Shown piece after piece: positions 55,648-64,000 of a DNA stretch of 64,000 nt. The stretch comes from Candidatus Latescibacterota bacterium. GTDB taxonomy: Bacteria > Latescibacterota > UBA2968 > UBA8231. Every line of letters starts with the position of its first letter. The stretch's first letter is position 1. The notes under the pieces were generated by a model. The model did no database searches and was not told the origin of the DNA. It saw only the letters and a list, made by a program, of their open reading frames with translations. The translations under genes and the position numbers were made by a program. The DNA is taken from assembly GCA_965223905.1 (NCBI GenBank), contig CBDCXV010000011.1:1792001-1856000 (forward strand). The letters are read 5' to 3'.

Positions 55648-58376
55648 CTAGAACAGCCCGGAGTACTTGATCGTCATGATGTAATCCTGGGTTCCTTTTC
55701 GTTTTGCCCGCGGCCTGGAATCGTAGATATCCCACCCGAACCCGAAGAGGAGCCGGTCCTTGTAGGCGGACAGGGCGATCCCGAAGGTGACGGCAATGGC
55801 GTTGTCCGTCGACAGGGCTTCCAGCACGTTCCCGATGGCGGTCAGGTGGATGCCGGACACGGACGGGTTGTCCGGGTTGTGCCATCCCGCGAAAGCGATT
55901 CCAGGCAGCCCGATAAGCCTTTCGGTCTCTCCCTCCACCTTTTTGCCGTCGGCCCCGGTGTAGTCGCGGCCCGGGCGGATCGTCAGGAAGGAGACCAGGG
56001 GCTTTGCTTCGAACTCCCACTTCCAGCCCCCCACCTCGAACACCTGCGATATGGCCTGGGGAGCGGCCCCGGGATGGCTGCGCGTCGTGATCTTGAGGCG
56101 GACCCGCTCCATTCCTTCTTCCTCCAGGCGCAGGTTGAGGGCATCGACCGGCACCAGGCTCTGGTCGTCGTCGTAGATGTTGACTTCGAGTCGTTTCCAA
56201 GAGCCTACCGGACCGTACCCCTCGTCCAGCTCGACCCACTCCACCTCCATCCGCCTACCGACGAGGGCGGCTTTCAGCGAGTCCGGTACGGCGAAAGCGA
56301 GACCGATGCGGGTACCGTCGACGACTACGACCGGGGTACCGGTCCAGGGTACCGGCAGGGACCGCGACCGCGATCTCCTCGAGGCCGTCACCGCGGACAC
56401 CTTCGTCATGTCGATCGCCCCCAGGGCTCCGTGGCCCTTCAGTTTGACGGGCTGGGCCTTGTCGCGCACGTCGTTGCTCACCAGCAGGATCTGGGCGAAA
56501 CGGTCGCCCAGGGATCGGGGGGAGAACGAAACCTGCAGCTTGGTCGACTCTCCCGGCTGCAGCGAGAAGGACGCCGGTTCCAGGGTAGCCTCGCGACTCA
56601 AGGTGCTGGCGGCGACCCGCAGGGCGGTGTCGCCGATGTTGGTGGCGACCAGGGCTCGCGTCCCGGTCTCCCCCAGGACGACGTAGCCGAAGTCGAGGGG
56701 CCCGGAGGGGTGTAACTCGATCTCGGCGGCGATTCCGGTGCCGTTGAGGAGGACGTCGAAGGTCTCGCTCCCCTCCTCCCAGAAGCCTTCGAGGCGCAAG
56801 GTGCCGCTGCGCGGTCCGCGAAGCGTCGGCGTAAAGGTGACCTTGAGGGGCAACGACCGCAGGCTGTTGGCGGGCAGTCCGTACTCGTCGTCGGCCGACA
56901 CCTGCGTGTACACGGTGAAATCGGGGCTGGTCGACAGCACCCGCGTAACTGTGAAATCGGCGTTGCCGACGTTGGTCAGGTCGATGACGGCATGGCTGGC
57001 CTCTCCGACCGGCACGCGCCCGAACTCCGCCGCGGTCGGGCTCAGCTCCAGGTAGCGCCCCGTCCCGGTCAGCGGCAGCACCGTCCGCCCTTTTTCGGTC
57101 CCGATCTCGAGCAGGGCCTCGCGAAGACCCGTCGCCTGCGGGCTGAAGCTGAGACCGACGCTGGCGCTTTCACCCGGCTGCAGCAGGTACGAGCTGCTCT
57201 CGACCCCGAACTCCTCCCCTTCCCCTTTCACCTCTACGGGGACCCTGAAAGCGCTGCCGCCGCGGTTCCAGATCAGCAGCGGCTGTCCCGAGGTCTTGCC
57301 GATGGGGGCGCTGCCCATATCGATCGCCCCGTCCCCCACCACGACGATTTCCGGGGGGCCGACGAAGGCGGTGCCCTTCAGGGGGAGCGAAATCCGGGGG
57401 CGTTCCGGGTCGCTGGTTGCCAGGGACAGGGTTCCCGTGGACACCCCCGGAAAGGCGGGGTGAAAGGCGACCTCGAAATCGCCGCGTCCTCCCGGTTCCA
57501 GGATCAGGGTGTCATTGGCCGCAGAAAGAGAGAAGCTCTCTCCCGACAGGGCGGGACCCGAGACCTCGAGGGGGCGCGGCCATGGTTGAGAACGGTGACC
57601 GCGGCGCTGCTCCGCCGGCCGGTCTCGAGACGGCCGAAATCGAGGCCGACTTCCGGCAGGGGGGAAACCGCGGCGGCCGCGGCCAACCCCTCTCCACCTA
57701 CCGCCACCTCCACCCTGGCCGGGACCATTTCAGGGGACTCGATGACCAGTCGATCGACCACGAGGCCGTCCGCGGGCGGGGTGAATACGAGCGTCACCTC
57801 GACGGATGCACCAGGCTCCAGGGAGCGCTGGTCCGGGGGGAGGACAGCGAACGACCCCGTGCGGCCGGCGAGATAGATACTGTCGATCTGCAGCGGCACC
57901 TGACCGCTGTTGCTCAGCAGGAGAGTGCGCTTCGCCGACGCACCCACGGCGACGGAGTCGAACTCGATCTCCAGGGGATCGAGAACCAGCCCGGGGCGCG
58001 CAGCGGTCGCGGTGACCGGTACCGCGAGTCCCTCGGAACCGAACAGCTGTTCCACCTCGACGGAGATCTCGGACCGGTAGACCCCCGGCTTCCCTGCCGC
58101 GAAGGCGATCGCGATCTCCCGCTCGCTCCCCTTCTCGATGGTGAGGGACTCCACCGGCATGGAGAACGGCTCCCCTGCGGAAAGCCGTACCTCGACAGCC
58201 TCCGCGGTATTGTTGACCAGGGTGATCTTCGATTCGACGCGGAGTCCGACCGGGACGGTTCCGAGATCGATGCTCCTGGGTCGCACGGAAACCTGTTCGG
58301 CACCGACGCTCGCGGTGAGCGCGAGCAAGGTCGCGACGAATCGGGTACTGCGATGGAGTGAGGGGGCCGGACCCAT
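55648..58376 (-). CDS. Surface protein with six choice-of-anchor-D/ASH-type Ig-like domains and a C-terminal beta-strand anchor; single frameshift at about 57570
   Basis: Signal peptide; six repeats of (L/I)DFG.V.VG...N.G...L......F...L.PGES..V.V.F.P...G...L...L.G.G. ORFs 57504-58376 and 55648-57444 join in frame (NHGRAP-L-EVSGPALSGESF...) if one C is added to the C5 run (plus-strand G 57570-57574). Confidence 0.8.
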
Positions 58377-58664
58377 ATCGGCTAGCGGTCACGAAAAAAG
58401 AGCGACCAACTCACCAGAATGCCGGAAGAAACTTTGTCGAAGTTCCACGTTCAGGAGGAAGTGGAAAACTTCCGCAGGGGCAGTCTTTCGTGAATTCAGG
58501 TCGCTCTCGTGCCGGCAAAGATAAAATCGCCAATGCAAGTGTCAAGAAACCGGCACCATCCCGCCGCCCTCCATTGGCGGGCAAGTAGTGGGTGAATGAA
58601 GCCCCGGGACCGACTGCAGAGCGGGTGGTGCGAAAACGACGGCCTTCCGCCGGCGCCCCTTCCC

Positions 58665-59828
58665 CTAGGCGATCAGCTTGCGCAGACCCCTCACAAGGCG
58701 ATCCATCCCTTCGGCCACGGTGTCGGGCTCGAGGGCCCCGTAGGCGACGCGAAGGTAGCAGCCATCCGTCATCCCGAACCCTGATCCGGGGATGGCGGCG
58801 ACCTTGAACTCCCTCACCAGGCGCTCGACAACCGCCATCGAATCGAGGTCGCAATGCAGTCGAACGAGCAGGTAGAAGGCGCCGTTCGACTCCGGCACTG
58901 TGCACAGATCATCCACTTCGGCGAGCCGCTCCAGACAGAGCCGCCGCACCTGGGAGAGCTTCTCGACGTGGTGGCGGCAGTACTCGAGCCCCGCATCGAG
59001 GGCTCCCGCAGCCGCGGCCTGGGAAACCACCGGGGGGCAGATCAGGATCGTGTCCTGGCTCTTCTCGAGGGCTCGCAGCAGGTGGCGAGGGGTCACCATA
59101 TAGCCGACACGCCAGCTGGCAAGGCTGTACGACTTCGAGAAGGAAAACAGCGAGATCGTGTGCGCCTCGGTGTCGGGCTGAGAGCCCACCGAGAAGTGCT
59201 TTGCCCCGTCGTAGGTGAAGTACTCGTAGGCCTCGTCGCTGAAGTGATAGAGTCCGTGCCTCCTGCACAGCTCGTTGACCCTCTGCAGGACCTCACGCGG
59301 GTAGACGACTCCCGCGGGGTTGTTGGGAGAGATGGTTACGACGGCGCGGGTGCGCGTGGACAGACAGGCCTCGACAACGGCGGGGTCGAGCTGGTAGTCC
59401 GATCCCGTAGGCGCCAGGACCGGCCGGCAGTTAGCCATGGTTATCGCCATCTCGTGGTTGAAATAGAACGGCGACGCGATCACGACCTCGTCACCGGGGT
59501 CGCAGACAGACAGCAAAGCGTGATAGAAGGCCATATTGCTGCCGGCCGTGACCACGAGGGCCTGCCCGTCGCCGACGACGATCCCGTTTTCGCGACGAAG
59601 CTTGGCGACCAGCTTCTCGCGTAGCGGTGGGATCCCCGACGCCGCCTGGTAGTGATGGTGTTCGATTTCTCCGCCGAAACGGGAGACCGCCTCCAACGCC
59701 TGCGGCGGCGGCCGGTAGTGGACGACTCCCTGTCCGAGCGAGATGGTGCCGGGGTTGGCCCGGATCAACACCGCGACGTCGGGAATGACCGGACTGAGCA
59801 CCCCGGCCATGCGCCGCGACTGCTCCAT
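58665..59828 (-). CDS. PLP-dependent aminotransferase class I/II
   Basis: ISLGQG, VTAGSN.A, SPNNPAG, SDEAYE, SFSKSYSLASWRVGY, GAFY, YLRVAYG. Confidence 0.92.
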   Translation of the reverse strand: MEQSRRMAGVLSPVIPDVAVLIRANPGTISLGQGVVHYRPPPQALEAVSRFGGEIEHHHYQAASGIPPLREKLVAKLRRENGIVVGDGQALVVTAGSNMAFYHALLSVCDPGDEVVIASPFYFNHEMAITMANCRPVLAPTGSDYQLDPAVVEACLSTRTRAVVTISPNNPAGVVYPREVLQRVNELCRRHGLYHFSDEAYEYFTYDGAKHFSVGSQPDTEAHTISLFSFSKSYSLASWRVGYMVTPRHLLRALEKSQDTILICPPVVSQAAAAGALDAGLEYCRHHVEKLSQVRRLCLERLAEVDDLCTVPESNGAFYLLVRLHCDLDSMAVVERLVREFKVAAIPGSGFGMTDGCYLRVAYGALEPDTVAEGMDRLVRGLRKLIA

Positions 59829-59863
59829 GGCGCACCGCGAAGGCCCGATGTCCCCTGCGCCTC

Positions 59864-60775
59864 TCACTGATCGAGAACCTGCTGCAGCAGGTCGTACAGG
59901 CGATCGAGCTCCGCCCTGGTGACATCGTCGAGCTCGAATGAGAGGGGGCCGCGGTGATGCTGCCGGGAGAACAGACCCTGGCGATGGAGCATATGGCGCC
60001 CGGCGGTGATGAACCCGTCGAGCCCGCCCTGCAGCTGCGGGGTCGCGAGCGCGCAGATGGGAAACCAGAGGTCGTAGATCCTCTCCTCCTCCCCCGACTC
60101 CAGGACCTGCCAGAGCGCCACCAGCCCGGCGAGCATTTCCACTCCCGGTATGGTCCCGGTCACGCCGCGGCGATGCGAGTCGATCAGGAGCACCCCTCCG
60201 CTCCCCTCGAAGATGCCGGCGCGCCCGGCGGTGCTCGCGCGCAACGCAGAGATCGCCGGGCCGAGCGGGGTCGCCTCCGGTTTGAAGAGGATGCGGTCCC
60301 CGTACTGATGAAACAGGTCGGCCTGGAACTGCACGCTCATCGGACTTCCGACGTACGAACTGGCGTCCTGGACGAACATGGGAATTTCAACGGCCTCGAG
60401 AATCGCCTCGAAGTAGGCGCGCAGCTCGGCCGGCGGCAGGGCGCGCGAGACCGGCGGCAGCGCCATCGTTGCCGCGGCCCCTCCCTGTTCGGCGGCACAC
60501 GCGTATGAAACCGCCTGGCGTGTGCTCTCGGCGCCGACGTTGACGATGACCGGACCCCTTCCCGCGGCGAACTTCACCAGTTCCCCCGGGAGCCGGAGAC
60601 GCTCTTCCCCGGCAAGGCGCAGCAGGTCGGAAACCAGGGCGAGACATAGGCCGTCAGCGCCGAGAGCGAAGATGTGGTCGACCTCCCTTTGCAGGGATGC
60701 GTAGTCGATCGAGAGGTCGGGGTGGTAAGGCATGCTGACGACCGGCAGGACGCCGCCGAACCGTTGCCCGGTCAC
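59864..60775 (-). CDS. Dihydrodipicolinate synthase (DapA/NAL) family aldolase
   Basis: GVLPVVSMPY, GADG, ERLR, PVIVNVG, MALPP, FVQDA, FKPE. GTG start overlaps the upstream stop. Confidence 0.85.
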   Translation of the reverse strand: MTGQRFGGVLPVVSMPYHPDLSIDYASLQREVDHIFALGADGLCLALVSDLLRLAGEERLRLPGELVKFAAGRGPVIVNVGAESTRQAVSYACAAEQGGAAATMALPPVSRALPPAELRAYFEAILEAVEIPMFVQDASSYVGSPMSVQFQADLFHQYGDRILFKPEATPLGPAISALRASTAGRAGIFEGSGGVLLIDSHRRGVTGTIPGVEMLAGLVALWQVLESGEEERIYDLWFPICALATPQLQGGLDGFITAGRHMLHRQGLFSRQHHRGPLSFELDDVTRAELDRLYDLLQQVLDQ

Positions 60776-61620
60776 GATCTTCTCCCGCCGGCTCGCACCG
60801 CCCCGAGCAGCAGCTGTTCTATGCCGGCGTTGGCGGCGGCCATGAACAGGGGGAACTTTCCCCGCCTCATGTAGGCCGGCACCCCGCCCCCCCTGACGAA
60901 GCAGCGCGCTCCCGCTTCCTCCGCTATCAACGAGGGGGGGCCTACGTCGTACACCTCGACCTGACGCGTGAGGTAGGCGCACAGCTCTCCCTCGGCAAGC
61001 AGGGTGAGAACCAGAGCGGCGCCGATCGGGTGCTCGCGCGGCTCCAGTGCGGGGCGCACCAGCTCCTGGTAATGGCGCGCCTTCGACGAGACGAAGGCCG
61101 CCTTCGTCCGTGGAATGCGCGGCAGCTTCAGCCGGCGAGGCCGGCGGTTTCCGGCCTGCACCCAGGCTCCGCGGCCGCGGATCGCCGTGAAGACCTTGCC
61201 CTCATCCGGACGGGCGACTACCGCCGCCTGCATCAGCCCGTTCCGGCACAGCCCGACGGACAGGTGATACGGTGCATCGCCGCGCTGAAAGTGCAAAGTA
61301 CCGTCGATCGGGTCTAGAATGAGGGCGTAATCGCTGCGATTGCCTCGGAAGCGGCGCTTCAAAACGGTGTTCTCCTCAGCTATGCAGCGAATCCCCGGGT
61401 AGCGCTGCAACACCACCGCCAGGATGATCTCCTGCAGAGCGCCGTCGAGCGCCGTGAGAACGCCCGACGCCTCCTGCGCCTTCGACCCGGTGAGGCTGGT
61501 GTCGGCCGCCTTTCCCAGATCGGCGACCCGGCCGTAGAAAATCAGCGACGCCTCGGCGCACTGGCGCACGACAGGCAGCAGGGTATCGACGAATTCCCGC
61601 GGATCGATCTGTCGGGACAT
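60772..61620 (-). CDS. Inositol monophosphatase family protein
   Basis: AEEN, ILDPIDGTLHF, FTA.RGRGA, YDVG...LIAEEAGA. Confidence 0.85.
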   Translation of the reverse strand: MSRQIDPREFVDTLLPVVRQCAEASLIFYGRVADLGKAADTSLTGSKAQEASGVLTALDGALQEIILAVVLQRYPGIRCIAEENTVLKRRFRGNRSDYALILDPIDGTLHFQRGDAPYHLSVGLCRNGLMQAAVVARPDEGKVFTAIRGRGAWVQAGNRRPRRLKLPRIPRTKAAFVSSKARHYQELVRPALEPREHPIGAALVLTLLAEGELCAYLTRQVEVYDVGPPSLIAEEAGARCFVRGGGVPAYMRRGKFPLFMAAANAGIEQLLLGAVRAGGRRS

Positions 61621-61639
61621 GGGGTTTCCTGGAACGAAA

Positions 61640-61672
61640 CGGGCCCCGGGACGGAAACTCCCGGGGCCCCGA
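61640..61672. terminator. GC-rich stem-loop between the xdh-like and IMPase genes
   Basis: GGGCCCCGGGA-cggaaac-TCCCGGGGCCC. Confidence 0.45.
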
Positions 61673-61699
61673 TGAGGCAGGCTTTGCCGCGCGGGGCCG

Positions 61700-64000
61700 T
61701 CAGCCAGCGGCTTCCTGATACTGCTCCGAATGCCGCTGCAGGGCCGCCACGATCCGGTCCGGGCTCATCGGCAGTTCGCGGAGGCGGACGCCGACGGCGT
61801 TGTAGATGGCGTTGGCGATCGCGGCCATCGGAGGGACCAGGGGAACCTCGCCGACGCCGCGGATCCCGTGCGGGCTGGCGGGGTTGTTCACCTCCACCAG
61901 TATGCAGTCGACCATCGGCAAATCGAGGGTGGTCGGCATGCGGTAGTCGAGAAAGGTCGGATTCGCCATGGTGCCGTCCTCCCCGTAGAAATACCCCTCG
62001 GTCAAGGCCCAGCCGATCCCCTGAACGACGCCGCCCTGGATCTGCCCCTCTACATATGAGGGGTGGATGGCCTTGCCGACGTCCTGGGCCGCGGTGTAGC
62101 GGAGGATCCTGACCTTGCCGGTTTCGGGGTCGACCTCGACATCGACGGCGTGCGTCGCAAAGGCATTGCCCGGACCCGAAGCGTTGATCGCGCCGGTGCC
62201 CTCGATTGGGCCGCCAGTCGACCCCTGCTCGACGGCGACCTCGTTGAATTTCAGCTCCTTGCTCGAATCCGACCTGCAGACGAAACGGCCGTTGTCGAAT
62301 TCGACGTCGTCCTCCTCGACCTCGAGTTGGAGAGCGGCGCGCACACGCATCTTCTCCTTGACGTCCTCGGCGGCGAGATAACAGGCGTGGCCTGTGGCGT
62401 AACAGACGCGGCTGCCGCCCGTGCCGTCGGTGTAGCCGATCGAATCGGTGTCGACGACCATCGGGTTCACCTGGTCGGCGGAAAGACCGAGAGTCTCGGC
62501 TACGATCATCGCCATGGCGGCGCGCGTGCCGCCGATGTCGGCCGAGCCTTCCTGGAGGGTCACGGTGCCGTCCGTTGCCACGACGATGGTCGCGGCCGAC
62601 TGCCCTCCCCCGTTGAACCAGAAACCGGAGGCGACGCCGCGCCCCTGGTTTGGACCGCTCGGGGCCGGGCTCCGGTAGTGGTCGGAATCGACGACGGCGG
62701 CGACCGTCTCCTCGCAACCGATCTCGCTGTAGACGGTGCCGTCCGCCCGGCGGGTGCCCTTGAGGGCCGAGTTCCTGCGCCGCAGCTCCATTGGGTCCAT
62801 ACCGATCTTTTCGGCGAGCTCGTCGATTACGGTCTCCGACGCGAAAGCGGCGTTCGGAGCCCCCGGGGCGCGGTAGGCACTCGATTTGGGTTTGTTGACG
62901 ACGACGTCGTAGGCGTCGATGGTGACGTTCGGAATGTTGTACGGGGCGAGAATACACTGCGAACCGGCGCCGACGGCCGAGCCGGGGTAGGCGCCGGCTT
63001 CGTACACCATGTAGCAGTAGGCGGCGACGAGGCGGCCGTCATTGGTCACCCCCATCCTGATGCGCTGGAACGACCCTGGCGCCGGCCCGGTCGCCTCGAA
63101 AACCTCGCTCCGGCTCATCAGCATCTTCACCGGGTGGCCGGTCTTGTGCGACATCACCGCGGCCGCAGGTTCCATGTAGATCGGGAATTTGCCGCCGAAC
63201 CCGCCGCCGATTTCGCAGGGGATCACCTTGACCTTCGAGATCGGCAACTGCAGCACTTCGGCAAGCTGGGCGCGAATCTGGAACGGCCCCTGGGTGCTGA
63301 CCCAGACGGTGACCGAGCCGTCTTCCTTCCAGAAGACGGTCGTGTTGTGGGGCTCGATGTAACCCTGGTGAACGGTGGCGGTGTGGAACTCCCGCTCGAC
63401 GATCACGTCGGCCTCGGCAAAACCTTCCTCGAGGTCCCCCATCTTGTGCTGGTTGTAGCTGGCGGTATTGCTCTTCTTTCCCGAATCCTCCCCCAGGGAC
63501 TGGGTAGTGCGGTTTTCGTCGAGAAGGGGCGCCCCCTCTTCCATCGCTTCGCGCACGTCGACGACGGCCGGCAGGGGTTCGTACTCGACCTCGACCAGGG
63601 CCAGCGCCTCTTCGGCGATGTGCGGGCTCGTTGCCGCAACCGCGGCGACCGCATGGCCCTTGTAGAGCACCTTGTCCGATGCCAGGCTGTTCTGGGCGAT
63701 TTCGCGAATGTTGACGAGGGTCTCGCCTATGTCCGAAAGCTTGTCGACCGTCTCGACGAGATCGTCGGCGGTGGCGACGGCGCGAACCCCCTGGACCTCG
63801 AGGGCTCTGCTCGTGTCGATGGAAAGGATGCGCGCATGGGCGTGGGGGCTGCGAAGCACCTTTCCGTAGAGTGTATCGGGAAGCCTGACATCCGCTCCGT
63901 AGACCGCTCGGCCGGTCACCTTGTCGTGGCCGTCATGGCGGACCGGACGGGTGCCGATGACCTTGTACTTGCCGTCGCTGGTGTAGTCGGGATAGTGTGG
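61700..64000 (-). CDS. Xanthine dehydrogenase/aldehyde oxidoreductase family molybdopterin-binding subunit (start beyond the window end)
   Basis: VIGTRPVRHDGHDKVTGRAVY, LRSPHAHARI, HQGYIEPH, IGGGFGGK, AYRAPG, EGQIQGG..QGIGWAL, RGVGEVP. Confidence 0.93.
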   Translation of the reverse strand, partial: PHYPDYTSDGKYKVIGTRPVRHDGHDKVTGRAVYGADVRLPDTLYGKVLRSPHAHARILSIDTSRALEVQGVRAVATADDLVETVDKLSDIGETLVNIREIAQNSLASDKVLYKGHAVAAVAATSPHIAEEALALVEVEYEPLPAVVDVREAMEEGAPLLDENRTTQSLGEDSGKKSNTASYNQHKMGDLEEGFAEADVIVEREFHTATVHQGYIEPHNTTVFWKEDGSVTVWVSTQGPFQIRAQLAEVLQLPISKVKVIPCEIGGGFGGKFPIYMEPAAAVMSHKTGHPVKMLMSRSEVFEATGPAPGSFQRIRMGVTNDGRLVAAYCYMVYEAGAYPGSAVGAGSQCILAPYNIPNVTIDAYDVVVNKPKSSAYRAPGAPNAAFASETVIDELAEKIGMDPMELRRRNSALKGTRRADGTVYSEIGCEETVAAVVDSDHYRSPAPSGPNQGRGVASGFWFNGGGQSAATIVVATDGTVTLQEGSADIGGTRAAMAMIVAETLGLSADQVNPMVVDTDSIGYTDGTGGSRVCYATGHACYLAAEDVKEKMRVRAALQLEVEEDDVEFDNGRFVCRSDSSKELKFNEVAVEQGSTGGPIEGTGAINASGPGNAFATHAVDVEVDPETGKVRILRYTAAQDVGKAIHPSYVEGQIQGGVVQGIGWALTEGYFYGEDGTMANPTFLDYRMPTTLDLPMVDCILVEVNNPASPHGIRGVGEVPLVPPMAAIANAIYNAVGVRLRELPMSPDRIVAALQRHSEQYQEAAG

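Overview
GC-rich bacterial DNA, about 55 genes, mostly housekeeping or metabolic. Gene content (DUF6785/DUF5916-type membrane proteins, PhyH dioxygenase, expanded AAA-ATPase paralogues) suggests an uncultured FCB-group organism such as Latescibacterota or Gemmatimonadota; this is inference only. Core genes include moaA, a CoxD/CoxE-like MoxR-VWA pair, queC, pckA, hsp20, tamB plus an Omp85-family gene, tmRNA (ssrA, tag ADDNSYALAA), mazG, parA, rsfS-mtnA-SPOR-mltD-mreD-mrdA-rodA, and a xanthine-dehydrogenase-family molybdoprotein. One accessory island (about 6.9-13.25 kb) holds two tandem AAA-ATPase/PD-(D/E)XK paralogues with patchy hypervariability, probable type I R-M scars, and a HicAB module between two 5'-truncated copies of an outer-membrane barrel gene that share a near-perfect 451-bp direct repeat. 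The most interesting candidates are (i) a FolC/Mur-ligase fused to a C-terminal RimK-like ATP-grasp ligase, (ii) the variable AAA-nuclease and silent barrel-cassette island, (iii) a divergent pair of sensor-less sigma54 activators with a sigma54 promoter between them, plus a sigma54/UAS-controlled hsp20, (iv) a six-Ig-domain surface protein with a beta-signal tail split by a homopolymer frameshift, and (v) an unannotated small ORF behind a near-consensus sigma70 promoter. I found no CRISPR array, tRNA, rRNA, integrase or transposase. All family calls come from motif recognition by eye; no database searches were run.
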